64,000 nt of DNA from Candidatus Levybacteria bacterium RIFCSPHIGHO2_01_FULL_40_16 (GTDB lineage: Bacteria > Patescibacteriota > Microgenomatia > Levybacterales > UBA12049), in contig MFNS01000001.1 of NCBI GenBank assembly GCA_001783805.1, positions 257,074-321,073 on the forward strand, in the 5' to 3' direction. Each line of letters opens with the position of its first letter. The first letter of the stretch is position 1. Shown here one piece after another: positions 29,255 to 38,893 of the stretch. The translations under genes were made by a program, and so were the position numbers. The notes under the pieces were generated by a model. The model was not told where the DNA came from. It worked only from the letters and a program-made list of their open reading frames with translations, and did no database searches.

Positions 29255-30100
29255 TCATCTAAATGCCAACAAATGTTTTACTAAGCCTTGGGCGTAAAGC
29301 TGTTTGATCTGGGAGGATAAAAGAGTAGCCTTATAAATCCGCACATCATCAATGGAGCCAGTGAAATAGTCCGCGCCTCTCCACCAACCAACTGCATATC
29401 CAATTCTAAATGCGTTTCCTCCGCTGTCTGCAAATCCTGCTGTTCCATTATTCGCTCGTTTATCCAATACGCCATCTATATAAATTGAATCAGTAATACC
29501 TGCCCTTGTAATCGCAATATGATGCCAGTTTGTGTTAGGTACTGCAGAAATACTGATAGATTGTCTATATGAACCACCACCATCCGTATACTGGAATTCA
29601 AGCTTGTTGCCAGTCTGCATAGTTAAAGCCCACTGATAATTACCTTTTCCCCATATTCCATTTTCTACGCCGAGCTGGTTGAGCTTAATCCATCCCTCAA
29701 TTGTAATCGCATTAGTAATATTCAAATTCGCCCCACTTCCTGTATTTATATAGCCCGAGCCAGCAAGGCTGTACGCTTTACTACCCCTATTTCTTCTATC
29801 TGGTGCTAGAGCTACACCGCTTCCTACTATTGAAGTTATATTTTCATATCCCGAAGTATCATTTGCATTACCGTCAAATGTCCATTCTCCGACCAGATCA
29901 AAAGCGAGATTGTTTTGCACACTTGCCGAGAAGGTTTCCGCCTTAGCAATATTGGCAGAATTAATTTTTCCTGCCGGGTCTATAGCTACAAGCACTCCGG
30001 TTCCCAAAACTCCCACCACTGCTATGACTATTAAAAGCTCAATAAGGGTGAAGCCTTTGGATCGAATAGCGAATAATGAATTATGAATAACGGTTTTTAT
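29255..30100 (-). CDS. Pilin-LamG fusion, copy D; no ATG/GTG/TTG upstream of GFTLIE (probable ATA start or lost start)
   Basis: Frame reads [34 protein letters not shown]. Confidence 0.7.
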   Translation of the reverse strand: MKTVIHNSLFAIRSKGFTLIELLIVIAVVGVLGTGVLVAIDPAGKINSANIAKAETFSASVQNNLAFDLVGEWTFDGNANDTSGYENITSIVGSGVALAPDRRNRGSKAYSLAGSGYINTGSGANLNITNAITIEGWIKLNQLGVENGIWGKGNYQWALTMQTGNKLEFQYTDGGGSYRQSISISAVPNTNWHHIAITRAGITDSIYIDGVLDKRANNGTAGFADSGGNAFRIGYAVGWWRGADYFTGSIDDVRIYKATLLSSQIKQLYAQGLVKHLLAFR

Positions 30101-30181
30101 ATATATCTAGTAAATCACGCTTTACAAAGCTTGTCAAAGAAACTGAACCCAAAAGAGTAAATCAAGAAATTATATAAAGTT

Positions 30182-31462
30182 TTATTTACGCGGATAACAT
30201 TGCTGGCAAAAAATAGTATCCGTATTATTAAACCTATAGAGCGAAAACGAGTATAGCCTGACATCATAGCTTCGAGGAACCTTAATTCCAACAAGCAACG
30301 GGTAATAAATTGCAAAAATGATTATACTGACCAATATTGTAGACGCAAGTAACTGCAATTTTATTTTTGTTTTCCGGATTAATAGTAAAAACATTATTAT
30401 TGCCATGGGAATAAGCGGGATAATATAATAGTAAAAAGTTGCATGTAGATTAAAAAACCACGGTAAATAAAGCAGGGAAAACACCATAACAAGAAAGCTT
30501 TGCTTTTTTTGTTTTAATATTCCTTTCCGCAAAATGAAAATCATAGATGCAACTAAAGAGATTAGGGTAAAAATTGTTATAAGTGGATTTGCAAATGCAA
30601 TAATAGACATTACGCTCTCTCCTTGTGGAACTCGATAAAGAGTTAATATCTGCGGGATTGTGAACCATGTCCAGGCAGGCGAGTGAAGATAACCAGACAG
30701 ATTAATTACCCCTCCAATTTGAGAATTGAATAATCGATATATAAATTCTGCAAATCCAATACTGGTCTTCTTAAAAAAGAAGATACCATTGCCAATGGTA
30801 AAGGCTAGGGAAAGAAAAGTTAGAAATAAGAAATTAATTTTTGCAATTTCTCGCAATTTTAGATTTTTCCCCTGATTAAAAATCATGAACAATAAAGGAA
30901 AAAGGGGAATGAGTAAAACAGCTGACAATTTCGCTGCAAGAGATAATCCTAAGAAAATTCCGCTGACGTAAAAAAGCTTAAGTTTTTTCCCATCAAGATA
31001 TTTTAAATAATAATATATGCTGGACAGCAAAAAGAACAATGCGGGAATATCCAGCTGCAATAATCGGCTAAAAGTGAAGAACATAGGGTCAATGGCAAGC
31101 AAGATAACGCAAAGGAAAGATATAGTCTTAGAAAAAAAGACCCGGGCAATTTTATAAAAGACTAGAAGTGATCCAATGGAAAAAAGAATAGTTCCAAGTC
31201 TATAAAATATAGGTTTATATATTCCGGTTATCCCGGAAAATATATATACGAAATAATACCAGATTGTTTTCGCTAGAAGAGGATGATTATTATTGTCAAT
31301 TTTTCCGTCTAATAAAGAAAAAACACTTGACCTATACACTTTTTCATCACCAACTAAAAGCCCAATTGAGTTTATGTTGTAAGCTAAAAGGAATAGATAA
31401 AGCAAAAATAAAACTATAATAATAGAAAGAAGATTTCTTTTAATAATCAATTTAAAATCCAT
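30182..31462 (-). CDS. PMT/GT39-like (GT-C) membrane glycosyltransferase
   Basis: DE..Y, HPLLAK, SRLLQLD, GLSLAAK, HSPAWTW; many TMs. Confidence 0.8.
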   Translation of the reverse strand: MDFKLIIKRNLLSIIIVLFLLYLFLLAYNINSIGLLVGDEKVYRSSVFSLLDGKIDNNNHPLLAKTIWYYFVYIFSGITGIYKPIFYRLGTILFSIGSLLVFYKIARVFFSKTISFLCVILLAIDPMFFTFSRLLQLDIPALFFLLSSIYYYLKYLDGKKLKLFYVSGIFLGLSLAAKLSAVLLIPLFPLLFMIFNQGKNLKLREIAKINFLFLTFLSLAFTIGNGIFFFKKTSIGFAEFIYRLFNSQIGGVINLSGYLHSPAWTWFTIPQILTLYRVPQGESVMSIIAFANPLITIFTLISLVASMIFILRKGILKQKKQSFLVMVFSLLYLPWFFNLHATFYYYIIPLIPMAIIMFLLLIRKTKIKLQLLASTILVSIIIFAIYYPLLVGIKVPRSYDVRLYSFSLYRFNNTDTIFCQQCYPRK

Positions 31463-31526
31463 ATTAAAGCGATTTTCTCATTTTCCTAAAAATTAACAAT
31501 ACAAGGGGATAGAGAAGTTCCAATCT

Positions 31527-31997
31527 TTACGGACAGGTTGTTTGAGCGGCAACAGCAGTGATGGAAGTTTTGAAAACAGCGTTAGTAGAATCCCAGCACC
31601 AAAATGATCTTGTAGTCGGACTGAATAACGCTCCCCACACTGCAACATTTTGTCCTGCAACTCCGGTGTAGCAGTAGTTTGTAGAGTCAGCGCCAGCTGC
31701 AGTTACACAACCGAGATTGCCAGATTGCTGATTAGGCAAGACCTTTAATTCTCCAGGTACAAGAGACGACAACGCAACTGGATAAATAGGCGCAGGCTGC
31801 GCTGTATAATATGCCTGCAAAGCGCTGACTAGTTGACTCATGTCGCTTTTGATTGTTGAATCCTTGGCTGAATTAATTTTTGCAACAGGATTAATGGCTG
31901 CGATAACTGCTGCTGCCAAAACTCCCAAGACTGCAATGACGACCAGAAGTTCGATTAGGGTGAAGCCTTTGTGGGAAGATTTATTAAATAATTTCAT
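31527..31997 (-). CDS. Type IV pilin, likely the major pilin
   Basis: [18 protein letters not shown], Cys pairs; directly after pilC. Confidence 0.8.
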   Translation of the reverse strand: MKLFNKSSHKGFTLIELLVVIAVLGVLAAAVIAAINPVAKINSAKDSTIKSDMSQLVSALQAYYTAQPAPIYPVALSSLVPGELKVLPNQQSGNLGCVTAAGADSTNYCYTGVAGQNVAVWGALFSPTTRSFWCWDSTNAVFKTSITAVAAQTTCP

Positions 31998-32071
31998 GTT
32001 CTTAATTAGTAAAACAGAAAAATAAATGCTTGTCAAGTGGCAAAATAGCCTCAATTTTCTTTTACTCATTT

Positions 32072-33289
32072 TCATTTTATTGATGAAGTGATTTGATAGA
32101 TTGGCGTGATTATAGAGAATATCAGAAATGCAACTCCAACGCCTAGCACCACCAAGATAAATGGTTCCATTGCGGTTGAAAGGGTCTTCACGGATTGATC
32201 AACTTCGTTTTCAAAATATTCAGATGCTTTAGCGAGTGTCTCATCCAATTTTCCCGTCTGCTCTCCGATCTTAACCAGCTCTATCAAATTGAGAGGGAAA
32301 AGATAATACAGGCTCATCGCATCTCCAATACTTATTCCTTTTTCCACCCTTTTTGAGACATCCACAATTGCATTTTTATAATGAATATTACCGGTAATAT
32401 CGGACACTTTATCCAAAGCCTCAACTACCAATGTCCCCGATGCCAACAGGGCACCAAGAGTTCTGGAAAATTCTGCCAAGATTGTTTTTTTTATCAGACT
32501 GCCAAAAATAGGAAGTTTCAATTTCATACTATCTATAGTAAGCTTACCCTCCATTGTTTTGTACCAGCGTTGGTATGCAAGCCAGACGAGAACCAAGAAC
32601 GCTATGACGATAAACCAAAATGAAACAAAGAAATTTGAAATTTTTATCAGGATGAGTGTTGGCAACGGTAAAGAAATGTTCATGCTCTGGTAAAGTATGG
32701 AAATTTGAGGAATAACAAAAATCATCATTATAAAAACTACAATCGCCATCATGAGAATAACGATTACCGGATATGTAAGCGCGCCCCTGATCGTATTTTT
32801 CAGTCTTTGCTGTTTTTCCAAAGTATCAGCCAGTCGCAAAAAGGCCTTATCCAAAAGACCGGATCCTTCAGATGCTTCTACCAACGCTATATAAACCGGA
32901 GAAAAGACTGTAGGATGCTTTGCAATTGCGCGGGAAAAACTTGACCCTTCCTGAATATCCCTGATAATGCCGTCTATAATGTCTATCAAAGTGTGATTTT
33001 CGATTTGATTTTTTAATATCTCCAGACTTCTTAAAAGAGTGAGTCCCGAACTAAGCATCGAAGACAATTGTCTGGTAAAATTAAGCACTTCTTGAGACCT
33101 AACTCTATCTCCAAGAAAGGGTATTAAATTTACAAATCTGTTTTTCCCCCTTTTAATTATCTCTATCGGAGTGAGCTCTTTGCTTCTAAGATACGCTGCT
33201 GCTTCGCTTGGGTTTCTTGCTTCGATTATTCCACTAATTGGTTCTCCTTTATCGGTTACAGCTTTGTAGTACAGTCTCATATTAGCCAA
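32072..33289 (-). CDS. pilC: Type IV pilus platform protein PilC
   Basis: FTRQLSSML, GALTYP, GEQTGKLD, EPFILV. Confidence 0.93.
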   Translation of the reverse strand: MANMRLYYKAVTDKGEPISGIIEARNPSEAAAYLRSKELTPIEIIKRGKNRFVNLIPFLGDRVRSQEVLNFTRQLSSMLSSGLTLLRSLEILKNQIENHTLIDIIDGIIRDIQEGSSFSRAIAKHPTVFSPVYIALVEASEGSGLLDKAFLRLADTLEKQQRLKNTIRGALTYPVIVILMMAIVVFIMMIFVIPQISILYQSMNISLPLPTLILIKISNFFVSFWFIVIAFLVLVWLAYQRWYKTMEGKLTIDSMKLKLPIFGSLIKKTILAEFSRTLGALLASGTLVVEALDKVSDITGNIHYKNAIVDVSKRVEKGISIGDAMSLYYLFPLNLIELVKIGEQTGKLDETLAKASEYFENEVDQSVKTLSTAMEPFILVVLGVGVAFLIFSIITPIYQITSSIK

Positions 33290-34349
33290 CCATTCTTAAG
33301 AAGTCCTCCTGATGCAGGGAGTAGCTTTTGCCTATATCCAGACTAATACTTCCTGACAAAACCAGAGCAGACAAGGATGAATCTATGCCAATCATGCCTT
33401 TGTCTTTGGAAGTTTGTATTACCGAATCTATAAGATGGGTCTTTCCGTCCCGCACAATGCTCGCAACCGCAGGAGTCCCAAGGAGAACCTCTACAGCGGG
33501 CACTCTTCCTCCGCTGATCATCGGCAAAAGCCTTTGTGAAACAATCCCCTTCAGGGTGGCAGCCAGCTGAATTTTTATTTGAGACTGCTGTGTTGCGGGA
33601 AATGAATCAATGATTCTGTCTATGCTTTGAGCCGCCGAATTTGTATGCAGGGTTGAAAAAACCAGATGTCCTGTTTCGGCAATTGTGATCGCGGCGGCAA
33701 TTGTTTCGGAATCCCGCATTTCCCCAACCAGTACAACATCAGGATCTTCACGAAGAGCCGCACGAAGGGCAAAATCCCAAGAGTGAGTATCGATGCCCAT
33801 TTCACGCTGGCTGATGATACTCTTTCCCTTCGGATACACATATTCAATCGGATCTTCGATGGTTACTATGTGAGCCGCTCTTTTCAGATTTATTTCGTTG
33901 ACAATTGAGGCAATGGTCGTAGATTTTCCATGCCCTGTCGGACCGGTAATTAAGATAAAGCCCTGAGTTAAATCCGAAAAAGTATGTAAAACTTGAGGCA
34001 AATGGAGCTCCTCGATAGACAATATGCCGGGATTAAGAAAACGGAAAGCGCCCGAGAGATTTCTTCTCTGGTAGTATAAATTCGTCCGGAAGCGGCCAAG
34101 ATCCCCATATGCTCCCCCTCCAAAACCAAAAGAAAAATCCAACTCTTTGTTGGCGAGCAATAGTTCTTTCTGAACAGGATCTAACAATGAATATACCATT
34201 TTTTCTATTTCCGGCAGGGTTAACGGCGCGTATCCGGTTAAATATCTTAAGGAACCGTCTATTCGAAGTGTGGGAGGAATACCGACCAAAAGATGCAAGT
34301 CCGAGGCTTTTTCCTTAACTGTTATCTTAAAAAGTTCTTGTATATCCAT
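33282..34349 (-). CDS. pilT: Retraction ATPase PilT
   Basis: ASDLHL, GPTGHGKST, TIEDPIE, ALREDPD, AETGHLVFSTLHT. Confidence 0.95.
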   Translation of the reverse strand: MDIQELFKITVKEKASDLHLLVGIPPTLRIDGSLRYLTGYAPLTLPEIEKMVYSLLDPVQKELLLANKELDFSFGFGGGAYGDLGRFRTNLYYQRRNLSGAFRFLNPGILSIEELHLPQVLHTFSDLTQGFILITGPTGHGKSTTIASIVNEINLKRAAHIVTIEDPIEYVYPKGKSIISQREMGIDTHSWDFALRAALREDPDVVLVGEMRDSETIAAAITIAETGHLVFSTLHTNSAAQSIDRIIDSFPATQQSQIKIQLAATLKGIVSQRLLPMISGGRVPAVEVLLGTPAVASIVRDGKTHLIDSVIQTSKDKGMIGIDSSLSALVLSGSISLDIGKSYSLHQEDFLRMVG

Positions 34350-34352
34350 ACA

Positions 34353-36089
34353 TTATTCCTGCGCAACGCGCAGCACTTCTTCAACCGTAGTTATGCCTTG
34401 CAAAACCTTTAGGTATCCGTCCTGCTTCATTGTAATCATGCCTTCCAGAATTGCTTCTTTTTCCATTGTAGCACTATCTGCGTTCTCCAGAACCAGATTA
34501 GCAATTTTAGGCGTGACAGGCAGGGTTTCGAAAATTCCAATCCTGCCTAAGTATCCTGATTTCCCGCATTGATCGCAACCTTTTCCGCGGCTTAGTTTTA
34601 TATCCGGTTGAGTTTGGGGAAAAATTTTTCCTAATACTTTTTTAATTTCATCCAGTATTTGGGGCAGAGGAGGGTATTTCTCTTTGCAATTATCGCATAT
34701 TCTCCTAACAATCCTTTGTCCCAAAATCGCATTCATTGTTGATGCCAGAAGAAAATTTTCTGCTCCCAAATCCAAAAGTCGGGGGAGAGCCCCCGCAGCA
34801 TTCGAAGTGTGCAAGGTTGAGAAAACTAAATGACCGGTAAGGGCTGCCTGCAAGGCAAGCTCGTTGGTTTCTTTATCCCGAATTTCCCCGACCAATATTA
34901 TATTTGGGTCTTGACGAAGAAAAGCTCTAAGTCCGGTTGCAAAAGTAAGTCCGACTGCGGGATTTACCGCGACCTGATTTACTCCGGGCAACTGATATTC
35001 AATCGGATCCTCCAAAGACATAATATTGACCCTGGTTGTATTAAGTTTTGCCAAAATTGAATAAAGGGTTGTTGTTTTACCTGCCCCCGTCGGACCGCAG
35101 ACAAGAATAATTCCATGCGGTCTAAGCATTGCGGTTTCTATATTTCTAAGCGAATTTCCATTCAGACCCAGTTCATCCAAGGTTGGTATTCCTCCAGTTT
35201 TCCTAAGGAGCCTCATGAGTATTTTTTCTCCATGCGAAGTTGGCAAAACGGATATACGCAGATCCACCTCCTCATTGGAAATTTTGAAATTAAATCGGCC
35301 ATCCTGAGGAAGGCGATGTTCGTCAATCTTCATTTCCGATAAAATTTTTATACGTGAAATAACCGCATCCTGAACATTTTTTGGAAGGCTTAATTTGTCA
35401 TACAAAATTCCATCTATTCTGTATCTTACTCTGACCCGATCCTCCTGGGGCTCGATGTGAACATCCGATGCTCTCGAAGTTACCGCGTATTCCAAAATAG
35501 TCGAAACTATTTTGGCAATTGGAGCCTCTTTAATTATCTCGCCGATTTGCTTACTATCGACAGTTCTTGTCTTTTCGTAAGCCTCTGTCTCTGCTAAGGC
35601 CTCACCAACCTCTCCTACGATTTCCTGACTATATTGTTCACTGATTGCCTTTTTTACTTCCTCTTTGGCTGCGGCAAAGGATTTTATTGTCAATCCTGTT
35701 TTTTGCGCAACGAATTGCAGTGCTTCCAGATCTACGGGATTACTCATTGCTATAGAAAGAGTCCCGGCTTTTTCGTCATAAAGGAAGGGAATTAGGGAAA
35801 ATCTTTCTACAACCGCTTTAGGAATAAGACTGATTGCTTGGGGAGAAAAAGACGTTGTTTCTAAAGATATGAAAGGAACACCGAGTAATTTTGCTTTTGC
35901 TTGGGCAAGCTTTTTCTCCGGAACTATATTCATTGCCTCCAAAATACCTGTAGCAGATACACCCTGACTGGTACTTTTAACTTTTATGTCATCGTATTGT
36001 TCCTTAGTAATTAAATTATCCTCAAGTAAAATCTCGAGAAGAGTTTTATGCTCCGGCAATTGTTGCGTGTTAAAATCTGAAGTAGGCAT
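34353..36089 (-). CDS. pilB: Extension ATPase PilB (GspE family)
   Basis: ASDVHIEP, GPTGAGKTT, LRQDPN, tetracysteine motif. Confidence 0.93.
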   Translation of the reverse strand: MPTSDFNTQQLPEHKTLLEILLEDNLITKEQYDDIKVKSTSQGVSATGILEAMNIVPEKKLAQAKAKLLGVPFISLETTSFSPQAISLIPKAVVERFSLIPFLYDEKAGTLSIAMSNPVDLEALQFVAQKTGLTIKSFAAAKEEVKKAISEQYSQEIVGEVGEALAETEAYEKTRTVDSKQIGEIIKEAPIAKIVSTILEYAVTSRASDVHIEPQEDRVRVRYRIDGILYDKLSLPKNVQDAVISRIKILSEMKIDEHRLPQDGRFNFKISNEEVDLRISVLPTSHGEKILMRLLRKTGGIPTLDELGLNGNSLRNIETAMLRPHGIILVCGPTGAGKTTTLYSILAKLNTTRVNIMSLEDPIEYQLPGVNQVAVNPAVGLTFATGLRAFLRQDPNIILVGEIRDKETNELALQAALTGHLVFSTLHTSNAAGALPRLLDLGAENFLLASTMNAILGQRIVRRICDNCKEKYPPLPQILDEIKKVLGKIFPQTQPDIKLSRGKGCDQCGKSGYLGRIGIFETLPVTPKIANLVLENADSATMEKEAILEGMITMKQDGYLKVLQGITTVEEVLRVAQE

Positions 36090-36150
36090 TACTTTAATAA
36101 TAGGTAAAAATAAACTATAATTCAAGTGAAGTAGTAAAACACTTCACGCA

Positions 36151-36240
36151 GTCCCGTTAAAGCCGCTCCGTGAGCCGTGTTCGAATCGAGTCTGACTCGA
36201 CGAATAGAACGAGAAGACGAACGGAAAGGCTATACGGGAC
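36151..36240 (+). repeat. Structured repeat family B, copy 2, with a nested hairpin
   Basis: GTCCCGT..GAGCCGTGTTCGAAT[CGAGTCTGACTCGA CGAAT]AGAAC..ACGGGAC. Confidence 0.65.
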
Positions 36241-36254
36241 AATAGAGAATCCAT

Positions 36255-36908
36255 ATGCAGAGTTTCTTGATTGCAGCCTTGGATAAAAACCTGTCATCTT
36301 CCTACACGGCAAATTTACTAAAAGAAAGAGGAGTTGATCCTTTAGATATCAATTCTCAGGTTTATGAAAAAGCCGTGGGAATTGAAGATGTCAGGAATAT
36401 TCAAAAAGCGATTTTATTAAAGCCGTTCCGTGGAAAAACAAAAGCAGTTGTTATCGACGCCTATGAAGATCTTACCCTGCAAGCACAGAATGCGCTACTT
36501 AAGATTCTCGAAGAGCCCCCAAGCAACACAATTATTGTAATCACTGCCGCGAAAAAAGAACTTTTCTTGCCGACGATCATTTCCCGGTGTAAAGTCATTG
36601 TTTTGCAAGAAAAAGAAACCAAATTAGACAAGGACGATTTGTCAAAATTTCATGATATTTTAAATACCTTACTAAGGGGTAGAACCGGAGATAAATTAAA
36701 AATCGCGGAACTTATTGTAAAAGATAAAGGAGACTGCGCTTTGTGGCTGGAAAAAATGGCAACTTTTCTAAGAAACGATCTAGCAAAAAATAGCAATAAT
36801 TTTAAATATCTAAATTTCCTCAAGGGAGTGCAAAAAACTTACAAGATTATAAAAAGTACAAATGTCAGCCAAAGAGCCGCCCTGGAGAATCTATTTTTGT
36901 CATTCTAA
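36255..36908 (+). CDS. holB: DNA polymerase III delta' subunit (short)
   Basis: IEDVR, AQNALLKILEEPP, LPTIISRC. Confidence 0.85.
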   Translation: MQSFLIAALDKNLSSSYTANLLKERGVDPLDINSQVYEKAVGIEDVRNIQKAILLKPFRGKTKAVVIDAYEDLTLQAQNALLKILEEPPSNTIIVITAAKKELFLPTIISRCKVIVLQEKETKLDKDDLSKFHDILNTLLRGRTGDKLKIAELIVKDKGDCALWLEKMATFLRNDLAKNSNNFKYLNFLKGVQKTYKIIKSTNVSQRAALENLFLSF

Positions 36909-36932
36909 CCTGCTTTCTGGTAAAATTAGGGG

Positions 36933-38183
36933 ATGATTAGGAGAATCAAGCAGTTATTTTACTTTCCGATTGCTTATTATTTCCGTTTTTTTGCACAAAT
37001 TAAGCTCACCAGATGGAAGCCGAGAATTATTGTCATTACAGGATCAAGCGGCAAAACAACACTCTTGCATTTAATCGAATCGCAATTGGGAAATAAGGCA
37101 AAGTATTCTCACTATGCAAATAGCTCGTACGGAATTCCGTTTGACATTTTGGGATTGAGTCGCAAAAATTTAACCCCCGATGAATGGATTTTTCTCTTTT
37201 TACTTGCGCCAGTCAATGCCTTCAGATCAATTCCCAAGGAAAAACTTTATGTTGCGGAAGCGGATTGTGACAGGCCGGGAGAAGGAAAATTTCTGGCAAG
37301 CTTTTTAAACCCGGAAATTACGCTGTGGACAAATTCAAGTTTAACTCATAGTTTAAATTTTGATCAACTTGTCAGTAACAAGAAATTCTTGTCCGCCGAA
37401 GAGGGTATTGCTTATGAATTCGGTTTTTTCCCGGAATATACAAAAAAAACTGTAATCGCAAATGGCGATTCTAAATTAATTCAAAAACAACTAATAAGAA
37501 CGCATGCAAAAATTGAAAGTGTCTCTGTAAAAAAATTAGAAGATTACAGAATAGCAGACGGTCGTACAGATTTTGTTTTCGATGACAAAAAATACTCGTT
37601 CAATTTTCTTGTTCCAAAAAGTGTATTTTATTCAGTTGAAATGACCAAGTTACTTATGGAAAAATTGAGCTTGCCATTTGATTCAAACTTCAAAAATCTA
37701 ATTCTCCCTCCGGGAAGGAGTACCGTTTTCAAGGGAGTTAAAAATACGACAATTATCGACAGCACTTACAATGCAACGCCTGACGGCGTAAAAACCATTC
37801 TCGAAATGTTTGACAAATATTCTGCAAAAAATAAGTGGTTGGTTTTAGGAGACATGATCGAACTGGGAGCTAATGAGAGAGAGGAACATAAAAGACTGGC
37901 AGAAATTATTAGCCCCATGAATCTACCAAAAATTATTTTAATTGGTCCCCGTGTTTCAAAATATACATTTCCAAAACTTAAAAACGCGGAAAAATTTGAA
38001 ATGCCCAAAGACGGACTAAAATATATTTTAAAAAATCTTAATGGGGGAGAGACAATACTTTTTAAGGGCGCGAGATTCTTGGAAGGAATTATTGAGCATT
38101 TATTACAAAATAAAAAAGACACTGATAAGCTTGTGAGGCGCGAAATTGTCTGGCAGAATAGGAGGATAGCTTTCGGATTATGA
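36933..38183 (+). CDS. murF: MurF-like Mur ligase
   Basis: ITGSSGKTT, PPGR, IIDSTYNA, LGDMIELG, LFKGAR. Confidence 0.8.
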   Translation: MIRRIKQLFYFPIAYYFRFFAQIKLTRWKPRIIVITGSSGKTTLLHLIESQLGNKAKYSHYANSSYGIPFDILGLSRKNLTPDEWIFLFLLAPVNAFRSIPKEKLYVAEADCDRPGEGKFLASFLNPEITLWTNSSLTHSLNFDQLVSNKKFLSAEEGIAYEFGFFPEYTKKTVIANGDSKLIQKQLIRTHAKIESVSVKKLEDYRIADGRTDFVFDDKKYSFNFLVPKSVFYSVEMTKLLMEKLSLPFDSNFKNLILPPGRSTVFKGVKNTTIIDSTYNATPDGVKTILEMFDKYSAKNKWLVLGDMIELGANEREEHKRLAEIISPMNLPKIILIGPRVSKYTFPKLKNAEKFEMPKDGLKYILKNLNGGETILFKGARFLEGIIEHLLQNKKDTDKLVRREIVWQNRRIAFGL

Positions 38184-38872
38184 AAAAAATAATTATTTTG
38201 CATGGATGGACATATTCCTTGGAAAAATGGCGAATATTCTTGGAACTTTTGAAAAAAAGAGGAATTGAACCAACTATGCTCAATGTCCCCGGATTGACCA
38301 GTAAAAACGACAAGGTTTGGACTATAGAAAGCTACATTGGCTGGTTAAAAGAAATTGTCGACAAAGAAAAAGACAAGGTCGCTCTAATTGGCCATTCTAA
38401 CGGAGGAAGAATTGCGATAAATTTTGCAATAAAGTATCCGGGAAAAATTGAAAAATTAATCTTAATTGACAGTGCAGGAATTTATCACAATGAATTACCT
38501 CTTGCTCTAAAAAGAGCTATCTTCAAAACTCTTGCAAAGCTTGGAAAATCCCTCAGTGGTTCTTCCATCCTCAAAAATGCTTTCTACAAATTGGCAGGAG
38601 AAAACGATTACAAAGATGCAAACCCAAACATGAAACAAACCATGTTGAATCTTATTAATTCCGACAAATCCTTAAAACCCGGGAATGTCCAAATTCCAAC
38701 CTTAATTTTTTGGGGCAAAGAAGATAAAATTACCCCGCTTTCTGATGGGAAATTAATGCACCGACTGATTAAAAATTCAAAATTGGAAATAATAGAAAAT
38801 GCACACCATGCGCCTCAATTCACAAACCCAAAAGAAGTTATAAATATAATCGTCAGCAATTTAACAATATAA
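38180..38872 (+). CDS. Alpha/beta hydrolase
   Basis: LHGW, GHSNGG, WGKEDKITP, HAP. Confidence 0.88.
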   Translation: MKKIIILHGWTYSLEKWRIFLELLKKRGIEPTMLNVPGLTSKNDKVWTIESYIGWLKEIVDKEKDKVALIGHSNGGRIAINFAIKYPGKIEKLILIDSAGIYHNELPLALKRAIFKTLAKLGKSLSGSSILKNAFYKLAGENDYKDANPNMKQTMLNLINSDKSLKPGNVQIPTLIFWGKEDKITPLSDGKLMHRLIKNSKLEIIENAHHAPQFTNPKEVINIIVSNLTI

Positions 38873-38893
38873 CAATTTAACAATTTTTTACTT

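Noticed and set aside
26708-30100. Diversity-generating retroelement acting on the LamG pilins
   Set aside because: No reverse transcriptase in the window, and differences between shared 3' ends are mostly synonymous rather than adenine-specific
26708-30100. Shufflon or invertible pilin cassettes driven by the tyrosine recombinase
   Set aside because: All copies are full-length and co-oriented with no inverted recombination sites seen; the recombinase is over 23 kb away and better explained by the dif candidate
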